Below are positions 18,204 through 27,688 of a stretch of DNA of 42,127 nucleotides, one piece after another. Made by a program: the position numbers and the translations under genes. The notes under the pieces were generated by a model. It was given only the letters and a program-made list of their open reading frames with translations, was not told where the DNA came from and searched no databases. Origin of the DNA: a virus; the UHGV virus genome UHGV-0229413; one strand, written 5' to 3'. Within the stretch, counting starts at the first letter, position 1. Every line of letters begins with the position of its first letter.

Positions 18204-19201
18204 TGTCATGGACGATAGGAAACTTTTATCTGACCACAGAGCAGATGCAGGGGAATGCAAGAGAAGTACTAAGTTTTTTTGAACAAAAAGGATGGTCGCT
18301 GAATGCTATTGCTGGGATATGCGGCAACATGCAAAGTGAATCGAACATCAATCCCGGAATCTGGCAAAGCCTGCAGGAGGGAAACTATAGTGGAGGCTTT
18401 GGACTGGTACAGTGGACACCGGCAACAAATTATACAAACTGGGCAGGTGCGAACGGATATGGGATTACGGATCCAAACGGTCAGCTTACATGGATAGATT
18501 CTGTTACAGTTTCTTTTGGTCAGTGGATTGCAACCGATGCATATCCGCTGTCGTTTGATCAGTTTAAGGTCAGCGGAGAGTCACCGGAATATCTGGCATC
18601 TGCATTTTTGAAAAACTTTGAACGTGCAGGTGTAGAAGTGGAAGCCGAGAGGCGGCAGCAGGCAAGATATTGGTACAACTACCTGAGTCAATATGCAGGA
18701 GGATCTGAAAAAATAGAAGCTGCGGTAAACTGGGCGATTCAAATCGCAAATGATAACAGTCATGGATATGATCAGACAAACCGCTGGGGACCGGATTACG
18801 ATTGCTCCTCGTTATTGATTCAGGCGTGGGAAAATGCCGGGGTTCCGGTAAAAAGCAATGGGGCAACCTACACCGGTAATATGCGGGAAATATTTTTAAA
18901 TTGCGGTTTTACGGATGTGACAGGGCAGATAAATCTGACAACAGGATCCGGTGTACAAAGAGGGGATATCCTTCTGAACATCGTAAACCATACTGCAATG
19001 GGAATTGGAAATGGACAGGTTGTGCAGGCCAGCCAAAATGAATTTGGCGGAACAACCGGCGGCCAGACTGGTGATCAGACAGGAAAGGAAATTTGGACAA
19101 CCGGATACTATAACTATCCGTGGGACTGTGTGCTGCGATACAAAAGCGGTGGAGGTGTGTTGCCGGGAGACGTTTACCTCGTCAGGTGGATACTAGGATA
19201 A
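18203..19201 (+). CDS. virion-associated peptidoglycan hydrolase: N-terminal tail-tip lysozyme-like domain plus C-terminal Cys-His peptidase (CHAP/NlpC-P60/Amidase_5-like)
   Basis: 'GICGNMQSESNINPG...QWTP' N-terminal module; C-terminal 'GPDYDCSSL...NHTAMG...YYNYPWDCVLRYK', paralogous to the endolysin N-terminus. Confidence 0.65.
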   Translation: MSWTIGNFYLTTEQMQGNAREVLSFFEQKGWSLNAIAGICGNMQSESNINPGIWQSLQEGNYSGGFGLVQWTPATNYTNWAGANGYGITDPNGQLTWIDSVTVSFGQWIATDAYPLSFDQFKVSGESPEYLASAFLKNFERAGVEVEAERRQQARYWYNYLSQYAGGSEKIEAAVNWAIQIANDNSHGYDQTNRWGPDYDCSSLLIQAWENAGVPVKSNGATYTGNMREIFLNCGFTDVTGQINLTTGSGVQRGDILLNIVNHTAMGIGNGQVVQASQNEFGGTTGGQTGDQTGKEIWTTGYYNYPWDCVLRYKSGGGVLPGDVYLVRWILG

Positions 19202-19216
19202 GAAAGAAGGTGTGAT

Positions 19217-20314
19217 ATGGAAACAACGACAACTTTATACATTGACGTGAGAAACCCGGGAATTATGCAAACAATCTATGCAGTACAGTACGATTCGGGC
19301 AGACTTCTGCGCTGTATGTTTTCCGGAATGGCAAAGACAATCAGTAAGGCCAGGATTTATTGTAAGAAACCAAGCGGATCAGAAACTTACACAGAAGGAA
19401 CCGTGATAAGCAATTATTGCGTCCTGTTCAGTTTGACGCCGCAAATGGTTGCAGAAGTGGGAAATACGGAATGCCAGCTACATTTGATTGATGGTAGCAA
19501 TGCTGTCACATCATTCAAAGTGAAGATGGAGGTCAGAGAAAACTTAGTGGCTGCATCCGAAATACAGTCAACCAATGAATATCAGGCGCTTGTAGATATA
19601 CTGAATCGTTTGGAGAAGTATGATCCGATTGAAATTACAACGATGGAAATTGATTCTCTGCAGTCAGGGACCATAGAAAGTGGAAGCATTGCTTTAAACG
19701 TGCAAAAAATTTATGCCTCTGTAGGACAGATGAATGCAGGATTTGAAACCGATGGTCTTCCGGAAAATGCGATTGTGATGATAAGTACCGGTAACCCGGA
19801 TGATGCTGATAATGCCAAGGTTTATAGAAAGGGCGCAACTGGATATGAGTACATGGTAGATTTATCCGGTGCAACAGGGGCTAAAGGAGAGAAAGGGGAT
19901 CCTGGTCCAAGAGGAGAAAAAGGGATTCAGGGGGATCCGGGAAAAGATGGAACGGGTGTTACTATACTGGGGTCCTATAAAACAGAAGAGGAATTGAACA
20001 GAGAACATCCAACAGGAAATGTGGGCGAATCCTATCTGGTAGATGGAAATCTATATGTATGGGACAACGTATCTGGTCAGTGGAAAAATGTAGGACGTAT
20101 TCAGGGTCCGGAAGGACCGGCAGGAAAGGCAGCAACAATACGGATCGGAACTACTACGACTGGGGAGGCCGGAACAGAGGCGTCTGTTGAAAATTCGGGT
20201 ACAGAAACTGAGGCGGTATTTGATTTCGAAATTCCACGGGGTGCTTCTGGAGAAGTAACAGGAATAGAGGATATTCCGAATTCGGATATCGATTCGCTTG
20301 GAGGAGGCGCATAA
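19217..20314 (+). CDS. tail fibre / upper baseplate protein with collagen-like Gly-X-Y repeats
   Basis: GAKGEKGDPGPRGEKGIQGDPGKDGTG and GPEGPAGKA triplet runs. Confidence 0.7.
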   Translation: METTTTLYIDVRNPGIMQTIYAVQYDSGRLLRCMFSGMAKTISKARIYCKKPSGSETYTEGTVISNYCVLFSLTPQMVAEVGNTECQLHLIDGSNAVTSFKVKMEVRENLVAASEIQSTNEYQALVDILNRLEKYDPIEITTMEIDSLQSGTIESGSIALNVQKIYASVGQMNAGFETDGLPENAIVMISTGNPDDADNAKVYRKGATGYEYMVDLSGATGAKGEKGDPGPRGEKGIQGDPGKDGTGVTILGSYKTEEELNREHPTGNVGESYLVDGNLYVWDNVSGQWKNVGRIQGPEGPAGKAATIRIGTTTTGEAGTEASVENSGTETEAVFDFEIPRGASGEVTGIEDIPNSDIDSLGGGA

Positions 20315-20317
20315 AAA

Positions 20318-20857
20318 ATGATTATTGCAGTATTTGATGGATGCTCCAAGCGGGTAGATATCGATGGAAAACTTACACAATGGGACTACGGACAGGTTTT
20401 ACAGATCTGCGGAATGGAAGTAGAAGAAGAACAAATACAAGTACATTTCACTGACAAATGTACGAATGGTGCATTGGTAGTACTTGGGAAAGTGGAAGAC
20501 GGTGACATCACAGTCGACATTCCAAATGAATTACTGAAAAGAAGTGGAACAATCCAGGCATATGTATATAAGACTATTCCGGGAGAAGGAAAGACCATAT
20601 TTGAAATTCGGTTAAGTGTAAAAGCACGAAAAAAGCCAGAAGATTATGAGGCTCCAGCGGATAAACATGTACTGGAACAGATCGTGGAGCAATTAAAGCA
20701 AAAAGGAGACGGGCTGCAGTTAGAGGGGAATCAACTGCAGCTTTTGTCGGGTAATGATCCAATCAGTTCTGTAAATCTGCCAAACAGCGGAGGGACTGTG
20801 GAGATAGAGTCGATCACCAATCCGGAGATTGACGAGATTATGAAAGGAGCAGAGTGA
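20318..20857 (+). CDS. hypothetical tail-associated protein
   Basis: GGAGGAGG ribosome-binding site; 179 aa. Confidence 0.45.
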   Translation: MIIAVFDGCSKRVDIDGKLTQWDYGQVLQICGMEVEEEQIQVHFTDKCTNGALVVLGKVEDGDITVDIPNELLKRSGTIQAYVYKTIPGEGKTIFEIRLSVKARKKPEDYEAPADKHVLEQIVEQLKQKGDGLQLEGNQLQLLSGNDPISSVNLPNSGGTVEIESITNPEIDEIMKGAE

Positions 20858-21624
20858 AAATGCCAAGAAAGAAAGTAGCAAAAGCAGCAGTGCTCGCTGC
20901 AGAAAAGAAGTACCTGGATCAGGATGGACTTGCACACCTGGTACAGAAAAACGATGCAAGATACGTAAGAAAAGAGGAGGGGAAAGGGTTATCTGCCAAT
21001 GATTTTACAGATGAGTACAAGCAGAAGATTGACGATCTGGCATATACCAAGATTGCAATTAACAGCCTGACAGCTACAAACAGCAGCAATGAAATCGGCG
21101 CGACAGTAACTGCATCTGATGTAACATGGACTTTAAATAAAGAACCTAAGACCCAGAAAATCCAGTTTGCAAGCGAAGCTGCCGAAAATCTGGATAAGAG
21201 CATCCGGAAGAAATCATACACAGGAAAGACAGTGAAAGCAAATACGAATATCGTTCTTACTGTCACAGATGAAAGAGATGCGTCTGTATCCAGAACCGTG
21301 ACAATCACATTCCAGCCAAAAGTATACTGGGGCAAGACTGACAAAGCATCACTCGAAAATGCGGATATCCTTGCGTTAGAGGGTTCTTCGCTTGCAGGCG
21401 GCAGAGGACGCAGTTTTACAGTAAATGCCGGAGCAGGTGAGAAGATCGTGTATGCGATCCCAGCTTCATTCGGTACGCCTACATTTAATGTCGGTGGTTT
21501 TGACGGTGGATTTAAAAAAGTGCAGACATTAGAATTTACCAATGCATCCGGATATAAACAGAACTATGATGTATGGATGTCAGTAAACGCAGGACTTGGA
21601 TCTACAGCAGTTACAGTAAAATAA
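20854..21624 (+). CDS. hypothetical tail fibre-associated protein
   Basis: 256 aa, Thr/Ser-rich beta-strand-like repeats. Confidence 0.45.
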   Translation: MKMPRKKVAKAAVLAAEKKYLDQDGLAHLVQKNDARYVRKEEGKGLSANDFTDEYKQKIDDLAYTKIAINSLTATNSSNEIGATVTASDVTWTLNKEPKTQKIQFASEAAENLDKSIRKKSYTGKTVKANTNIVLTVTDERDASVSRTVTITFQPKVYWGKTDKASLENADILALEGSSLAGGRGRSFTVNAGAGEKIVYAIPASFGTPTFNVGGFDGGFKKVQTLEFTNASGYKQNYDVWMSVNAGLGSTAVTVK

Positions 21625-21640
21625 GGAGGAGGTTTGAGAG

Positions 21641-21835
21641 ATGGCACAGAGTATTGACGGAGGTGTAGTAATTGTCAACACCTTATCGACAAAAAACAAT
21701 GGGGATTATCCACTGTGTATGGCGGAAAGCGTACAGCTCTCGGAAGGAAAATCCGTCGAGCAGAAAATAGGGGAACTGGAAGCAGGAGCGGGAAATGAAG
21801 TAATTACAGAAGAAGAGATTAATGGATTGTTTTAA
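21641..21835 (+). CDS. small hypothetical protein (64 aa)
   Basis: ribosome-binding site GGAGGAGG; sits between fibre genes. Confidence 0.4.
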   Translation: MAQSIDGGVVIVNTLSTKNNGDYPLCMAESVQLSEGKSVEQKIGELEAGAGNEVITEEEINGLF

Positions 21836-21855
21836 AGAAAAGGAGAGAGAAGAAC

Positions 21856-22518
21856 ATGGCAAAATTTTTAGATTTAACAGGACTTGGAACATTTAAAACA
21901 AAGATACAGGAATGGGTGAACACTCGTCTAAACAGTGAAGTTACAATCAAAGTCGTAAAAGTGAACGGACAGGCATTAAGCCCAGATGGAAGTAAGGCGG
22001 TTAATGTGGATCTGTCCACCTATGCGATCAAAACAGAAGTAACAAAGGAAATCGCACAGGCTGTAAGCGGAATCAAGGGCTTTGATGCACAGGTTGTATC
22101 ATCCTTGCCGCAGACCGGAGAAAAAGGAATCCTGTATCTGGTGGCAAACAGCGGATCCGGTCAGAATATCTACGATGAGTATTTATGGGTAAACGGAAAA
22201 TATGAAAAACTGGGAACCCGCGAGATCGACCTGACGGCGTATGCAAAGAAAAGCGAACTTCCCACCAAGATCAGCCAGCTGACAAACGACAGCGGATTTC
22301 TGACGAGTGTGCCGGCGGAATATGTGACGGAAACAGAACTGACCGGGAAAGGATACCAGACAAGCGCCCAGGTGACACAGGCGATCACAAACGCCACAAA
22401 AGATATGGCAACTAATACAGGCGTAGAGGAAAAGTTGGAAGGTTATGCTTTGAAAACAGAGATTCCTACTGTAGAAAGCATTTCAAACTCAGAGATCGAT
22501 TCATTGTTTACCGCGTAA
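21856..22518 (+). CDS. tail fibre-like protein
   Basis: N-terminal 'FLDLTGLGTFKTKIQEW' motif; C-terminal 'SNSEIDSLFTA' resembles the end of the 19217 fibre ('NSDIDSLGGGA'). Confidence 0.5.
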   Translation: MAKFLDLTGLGTFKTKIQEWVNTRLNSEVTIKVVKVNGQALSPDGSKAVNVDLSTYAIKTEVTKEIAQAVSGIKGFDAQVVSSLPQTGEKGILYLVANSGSGQNIYDEYLWVNGKYEKLGTREIDLTAYAKKSELPTKISQLTNDSGFLTSVPAEYVTETELTGKGYQTSAQVTQAITNATKDMATNTGVEEKLEGYALKTEIPTVESISNSEIDSLFTA

Positions 22519-22532
22519 AGAGGGGTGGTTAA

Positions 22533-23123
22533 ATGAAATATTTAAGTTGGACAGGTCTGCAGCATTTTTACGGCAAATACATTGGAAATCTGAATGAACA
22601 GTTAAAGAATGTTAAGGAAAGCATTGGAAACTTAGACAGCCTCACAACAACATCGAAAGAGAATTTAGTGTATGCAATAAATGAAATAAAGAGTGCACTA
22701 TCATCCTTTGTAGAGAAAAAAGATATTGTGGATAATTTGACGTCACAGGCAGGTGATGCACCACTGAGTGCAAATATGGGCCGAGAGTTAAGCGAAGACA
22801 TGAGTGTAGAGACGGAATGGAAGACTTATAACGAAAATAACTGGGAACTAAAATATCGGAAAAGCGGATACAAACGGTATCAGGTAAGAATGATTTATAC
22901 AGACAAAAATGGATCGCACGATAACAAAGACAGAGTAGTTATGATAGGATGCCCATTTACTCCAGATAAAGACCAAAGATTAGTGATGTTAATGAGTGTT
23001 TCACAGCAAATTGTAGGAACGGGAAATATACAATTCAAAACAAATAGAAACGTTACATTGTCTGCAGAAGAATATAAAAGTCCTGTTACGTATGAGTGTT
23101 ATGGAGAGGTAATTGTGCAATAA
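22533..23123 (+). CDS. tail fibre / receptor-binding-like protein with AT-rich variable C-terminus
   Basis: N-terminus 'YLSWTGLQHFYGKYIGNL' paralogous to the previous gene; composition shifts to AT-rich. Confidence 0.45.
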   Translation: MKYLSWTGLQHFYGKYIGNLNEQLKNVKESIGNLDSLTTTSKENLVYAINEIKSALSSFVEKKDIVDNLTSQAGDAPLSANMGRELSEDMSVETEWKTYNENNWELKYRKSGYKRYQVRMIYTDKNGSHDNKDRVVMIGCPFTPDKDQRLVMLMSVSQQIVGTGNIQFKTNRNVTLSAEEYKSPVTYECYGEVIVQ

Positions 23124-23180
23124 GAGAGAGTCTGTACACATTTTATTTTACAATTCGAATACAGGAAGGAAAGTGAGGAT

Positions 23181-23648
23181 ATGAAGAAAATGAATTATGC
23201 AGAACCAATTATTGATGTTTATAATGCGATTGTAGGAACGGTCGTTGCTGTTCTCTCGTACATCCTCGGAGAACATTGGATTTTATTTGTAGCATTTTTG
23301 CTTTTAAATATTGCTGATTGGATAACAGGATGGATGAAGAGCAGAATGGCTAAGAAAGAAAATTCTGTTAAAGGATGGAAAGGCGTATTAAAGAAATTAG
23401 GGTACTGGTTGATGATTATGGTAGCATTTGGAGCAAGTGCAGTATTCATAGAAATAGGAAAGACTATCGGAGTAGATTTACAGGTTACAACATTACTTGG
23501 ATGGTTTGTACTTGCAAGCTTGCTTATTAACGAGATTAGATCGATCTTGGAAAATTTTGTAGAAGCTGGATTAAATGTGCCAGTTGTTCTTATCAAAGGA
23601 TTAGAAGTTGCAGATAAGTTGGTAAATAAAGACGATAATACTAAATAA
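23181..23648 (+). CDS. holin (phage_holin_4 / TcdE-like)
   Basis: 155 aa, three TM segments, charged C-terminus; immediately before the endolysins. Confidence 0.8.
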   Translation: MKKMNYAEPIIDVYNAIVGTVVAVLSYILGEHWILFVAFLLLNIADWITGWMKSRMAKKENSVKGWKGVLKKLGYWLMIMVAFGASAVFIEIGKTIGVDLQVTTLLGWFVLASLLINEIRSILENFVEAGLNVPVVLIKGLEVADKLVNKDDNTK

Positions 23649-23739
23649 TGAATGTTTATGGAATGGGGGTGGTTCCAATGTGTGTATAAATATAGAAACT
23701 CGTAAATAAGTAAAGAATAGATTATGGAGGTATTATTTT

Positions 23740-24597
23740 ATGGCAAATTTAGAACAATTCATTCAAAATATGATAAACATGTGTAATGACAATTCATATG
23801 GCTATCGTCTCGGAGGATGGGGACCAAAGGATTACGATTGTGCAAGCTCCATCATAACAGCATTGCGAAATGCTGGATTTGATACTGGATCAGCTACATA
23901 TACAGGCAATATGGCAGCAGAGCTTTGTGCGAGAGGATGGACAAGACTGTCAGTTGGCACTTCATTGAACAGAGGAGATATTCTTCTAAATGAAGTGAAT
24001 CATGTGGCATTATATGTAGGTAATAACCAGCTGGCTGAATTTTCTTCTGATTACGATGGAGTTTCAGGAGACAGCAGCGGAAAAGAAGCGAGTGTGCATG
24101 GGTATTATAATTTCCCGTGGGATTGTATTTTGAGATATAAAGGCAACACAGAAACGGAAGAAATTAAGAATGTACATTTATATGAATGGAACGGGGGAGA
24201 TAATCAGCGGTGGAAGCTGATAAAGGACACAGATGGATTCTATGAAATGCAGTGCAAAGGAAATGGTCTGTTTTTGGATGTACATGAAGGTAAAGATGAG
24301 AATGGACAGAATGTTGTAGCCTATAAAAGGAATGGAACAAATGCTCAGAAATGGAAGATAATTCCAGTAAATGATTCAATATTAGGGAATTTTGCGTTTG
24401 AACTCGCTCCGAAAATCAATACAAATAAGCGTTTGGATGTGTTTGGAAATGGAGTAGACAACCATACAAATATCGATATTTATGATACAAATGGTTCAGA
24501 TGCGCAGCGTTTTTACATGAGACCAATCGGAGAGGGCTATTATCAGATTATCAATATCAACAGTTTAAAATCTGTTGATGGAGGCGGAATCTTATAA
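23740..24597 (+). CDS. endolysin: N-terminal Cys-His peptidase/amidase (CHAP/Amidase_5-like) plus C-terminal ricin-B lectin (beta-trefoil, QxW repeats)
   Basis: 'GPKDYDCASS...NHVALYVG...YYNFPWDCILRYK'; three repeats with NQRWKL / AQKWKI / AQRFYM. Confidence 0.8.
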   Translation: MANLEQFIQNMINMCNDNSYGYRLGGWGPKDYDCASSIITALRNAGFDTGSATYTGNMAAELCARGWTRLSVGTSLNRGDILLNEVNHVALYVGNNQLAEFSSDYDGVSGDSSGKEASVHGYYNFPWDCILRYKGNTETEEIKNVHLYEWNGGDNQRWKLIKDTDGFYEMQCKGNGLFLDVHEGKDENGQNVVAYKRNGTNAQKWKIIPVNDSILGNFAFELAPKINTNKRLDVFGNGVDNHTNIDIYDTNGSDAQRFYMRPIGEGYYQIININSLKSVDGGGIL

Positions 24598-24653
24598 TAG
24601 TGAAAAGAGAGCTTGGAAACAGGCTCTCTTTTATTATGCAAGGAGGTGAGAAC

Positions 24654-24740
24654 ATGAGCGAACAGAACGAATTTGGCAGAGTATCCGCAGAGGAACTGGA
24701 AAAGGTATTTGAGACAGAAGAACAGGAGGAACAGGAGTAA
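24654..24740 (+). CDS. tiny acidic ORF (28 aa) between the lysin genes
   Basis: GGAGGTGAGAAC ribosome-binding site then ATG; stop overlaps the amidase start (TAATG). Confidence 0.25.
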   Translation: MSEQNEFGRVSAEELEKVFETEEQEEQE

Positions 24741-25483
24741 TGAGTATCTGTAGAGGAATTGCCGGCAGGAGAGGGAAGAATCCTGTCGGTATTTTTATCC
24801 ACAATGATGCAGGTGGCAATTCTCTGAATGCAGCTTATTGGGCTAATTCTTTAGCAAATGGTAGTCAGAACAAAGAAAAAGGGTTCGCTCACGCATATTG
24901 CGGTAGCGATGGTGTTAGGCAGGTAGAGGATGACGCAAACTGTGCTTGGCATTGCGGAAATACAGACGGCAATATAAATTACCTGAGCATCGAAGTTTGT
25001 CAGAGTATGGGAGATTTGAACACATTTAAAGCAAATGAGGAGCGCGCTTTACAGTGGTGCGCTCAAAAGTGTAAGCAATATGGAATCACGCCTAATGAAA
25101 ACACAATCCGATTGCATCAGGAAGTGTTTGCAACCGCTTGTCCGCACAGATCAGTGGAGATTCACGGCGGTGCAGCGCAGACAAAAGCCTATTTTATTAA
25201 CCGTATCAAGGAGCTTATGAACGGAAACCAAAGCACAACGACAGATCAGGAAGGAGTAGAGGATATGCAGTGTATGTTTACAGTAGAGGGAAAAGGATGT
25301 GTTTATTGGATGCATGATGGAGTGGTTACAGCTTTAGCACACCCTGACGAGTTAAAAATCATTCAGCAAATTTATAAGGATAACTTTGGAAAGGATATGC
25401 CATGCTACAGTTGGGGGAAAAGTGCACCATGGCATGTGAGACTAATAAACCCATTGTATCGGGATCCAGTCAAAACCATCTAA
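24740..25483 (+). CDS. N-acetylmuramoyl-L-alanine amidase (Amidase_2 / PGRP fold) endolysin
   Basis: 'IFIHNDAGG', 'LSIEVCQ', 'ACPHRS' zinc-amidase motifs. Confidence 0.85.
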   Translation: MSICRGIAGRRGKNPVGIFIHNDAGGNSLNAAYWANSLANGSQNKEKGFAHAYCGSDGVRQVEDDANCAWHCGNTDGNINYLSIEVCQSMGDLNTFKANEERALQWCAQKCKQYGITPNENTIRLHQEVFATACPHRSVEIHGGAAQTKAYFINRIKELMNGNQSTTTDQEGVEDMQCMFTVEGKGCVYWMHDGVVTALAHPDELKIIQQIYKDNFGKDMPCYSWGKSAPWHVRLINPLYRDPVKTI

Positions 25484-25490
25484 TAAAAAT

Positions 25491-25517
25491 CCCCTCGGAG
25501 ATCAGCTCTCTGAGGGG
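25491..25517 (-). terminator. terminator-like hairpin whose U-run lies on the minus strand (end of the int transcript)
   Basis: 10-bp stem cccctcggag/ctctgagggg; plus strand has AAAAAT before it, so the minus-strand RNA ends hairpin plus UUUUUAUUA. Confidence 0.4.
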
Positions 25518-25554
25518 TGAATATTGTATCATCTTATCGAATAAAAACATTCTA

Positions 25555-25576
25555 TTTACAACACACTTACAACAAA
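25555..25576 (+). repeat. 22-bp direct repeat copy 1 (tttacaacacacttacaacaaa)
   Basis: exact match to 25751-25772. Confidence 0.7.
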
Positions 25577-25647
25577 AATGCCGACAAAGCCCGTAAAACC
25601 GTTCAGAAACTTTAAGCATTTTTAAGATTTATTGATTTTCAAAGATT

Positions 25648-25691
25648 CCCGTGGTTGACGCAAAAACTTCAAAAAACGTGTCAACCACGGG
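25648..25691. repeat. 12-bp perfect inverted repeat cccgtggttgac / gtcaaccacggg with 20-nt A-rich spacer, then CTTTTTG
   Basis: seen directly; lies between the two direct repeats. Confidence 0.6.
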
Positions 25692-25750
25692 CTTTTTGTC
25701 GAATAAAATGCAATCAAAAAGGAATTGATTTCAGGTAGAATAATCGAACC

Positions 25751-25772
25751 GTTTACAACACACTTACAACAA
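25751..25772 (+). repeat. 22-bp direct repeat copy 2, overlapping the 3' end of the integrase gene
   Basis: exact match to 25555-25576. Confidence 0.7.
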
Positions 25773-26917
25773 ATTGATTTCTATTTTTTCAATCTCATTT
25801 CTTAAGTCTTCCAATGTCCGGTGACCATATGTGTCATTTGTAATATCACCTATCTTATGTCCAAGCATTCTTTTTCGATCATTCTCCGCGACTTTATATT
25901 TTTCGCACAATTTTGAAAATGTGTGCCGGCAATCATGCGGAGTATGCTTTTCAATTCCAAGTGTGGCCAGTTGAGTATACATCTTATCCCGGAATATATC
26001 GATTCTATCAGGCAGGAGCGCTCCATGTGTTTTCATCCGGCGTTTTACGAGATCTAAAATACCGGAATAAATAGGAACGATTCTGTTTTTCCCAGCATCC
26101 GTTTTGATACCGCCGAAAAAATAACGTTCTTTCAAATTTACATCTAAAGTCTTATATTCCGATATCCGAAAGCCGGAGTAGCACATGATCAAGATCATCT
26201 CAGACACTTCATTTTCTTTTGTTTCCCACAATTTCTTCAAATCTTCATCAGTAAATGGAATTCCATGTTCATCATCGTCATCCTGTGTAATTTCGACATA
26301 AGATGAATAATCTTTTGTACACAAATTATTTGACATAGCATATTTGTACATGTGGCAGTATAGATTTTGGATGTGTTCTATACTGGCGTGTCTGAGTGGA
26401 CAAGCGTCCATTACTTCCTGCAGATCGTCTGTAACAAGCTCTGCGAAAATTCTGTTGTGTAGGGCAGCAGAGTTCTTGAATCCTGCGCGTAGCGTATATT
26501 CCAAGCTGGTACGTTTTACTTTTTTGCATCGTATTCATGCCCGAATTTCTTAACATTGAATTTACGAAATACTTCCGCAAATGTTAATTGCGGCTCTTCC
26601 TTTGCTTTAATTCCTTGCACCTGATTATAATTTGCAAGCAGAGACTGGATAAAATCCTCCGCATTCTTTTTGTCATCCACCTGGATATCATTTTCCATGC
26701 CGGGAGTATAGGTGCCGGCTTTGTATGCTGTAAGAACTGCAAAGCCGATCATCCAGTCAGAAACATAGCATATTGCTTTCTGTGGCTTCATTTGCCCGTT
26801 TTCGTATTCTTCTTTAGCTGGCGGGTAAACGCCGTAAGGATTGCGGCGATTCTTACCAAGGAAGCGTATCTGGCCGTAACCATTGGGCAAACGAGGATGC
26901 TTTTTTCTTTTGGCCAT
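25764..26917 (-). pseudogene. int: tyrosine integrase (Arm-binding N-domain plus catalytic domain) interrupted by a frameshift in an A6 homopolymer
   Basis: N-terminal ORF 26516-26917 (LPNGYGQIRFLGKNRRNPYG arm-binding motif) and C-terminal ORF 25764-26504 (HDCRHTF...GHRT..Y catalytic motifs) are in different frames; adding one A at 26520-26525 gives a continuous ...FGHEYDAKKVKRTSLEYTLRAGFKNS... Confidence 0.75.
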
Positions 26918-27045
26918 ATCATCATCTCCTTTAAATTTAGGTATAAAAATAGCAGCCAGCACATGAACAAATGTTCTGGATTGTGTAGCTGCTCCGAAGA
27001 TGATACAATATTCTTGGCTTCAGATTGCATATCTTCAGATATGTA

Positions 27046-27090
27046 GACCGTCTCAGTGTTGGTAGCACTGGGGCGGTATTTTATTGCAGT
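27046..27090 (+). repeat. hairpin repeat B (12-bp stem accgtctcagtg/cactggggcggt plus T-run), terminator-like on the plus strand
   Basis: related to repeat A at 27689-27726. Confidence 0.5.
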
Positions 27091-27092
27091 TT

Positions 27093-27638
27093 TTATTTTA
27101 ATAAATCATCAATACAAATTTCAAAATCTTCATATATTTTCAATTTGAGTGTATCATGAAAAGGAATGATCACCGGCGCGACATCTTCCTCATATCGGTA
27201 TACCGTTGTGCGTTCTCTGGCAGGATCCACAATCCAATACTCCCGAACACCTGCGTCAGTATAGAGCGTATTTTTGGTAGAATAATCCATTTTACGGCTG
27301 CTCGGTGAAACGATTTCGATGATAAAGTCTGGTGCTCCTTCACAGCCACGGTGTGAAATTTTGTTAGAATCACAGACAATGCTGATATCAGGCTCCACAT
27401 AATTGGAATCATCATCCTTAATAAAAACAGCAAATGGAGCAGGATAAACTTTGCAATTACCGCCTTTTCCTTTGATATAATTTCTTAGAGAGGCGGAGAG
27501 TTCCATTACTAATTCCTGATGTAATGGAGACGGTGGTGCCATGTTATAAATTTGTCCGTCAATCAATTCCGCTCTCTGTCCATCTGGAAGAGCATAGATA
27601 TCATCAATTGTATGTGATGTTGTTTTTAATAATGGCAT
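27093..27638 (-). CDS. Uma2-family (DUF820) PD-(D/E)xK endonuclease
   Basis: 'LPDGQRAELIDGQIY' and 'PDFIIEIVSPSS' motifs; start moved to the second ATG, which has an AAAGGAAATG ribosome-binding site. Confidence 0.8.
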   Translation of the reverse strand: MPLLKTTSHTIDDIYALPDGQRAELIDGQIYNMAPPSPLHQELVMELSASLRNYIKGKGGNCKVYPAPFAVFIKDDDSNYVEPDISIVCDSNKISHRGCEGAPDFIIEIVSPSSRKMDYSTKNTLYTDAGVREYWIVDPARERTTVYRYEEDVAPVIIPFHDTLKLKIYEDFEICIDDLLK

Positions 27639-27688
27639 ACTTTCATTTCCTTTCTTCAAATAATTCATTTAACAGAATTGGTGAGTGT

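Noticed and set aside
26326-26580. 84-aa minus-strand ORF spanning the integrase junction
   Set aside because: It is simply the third reading frame across the A6 frameshift site. Its sequence (QKSKTYQLGIYATR) is the -1 reading of the integrase linker.
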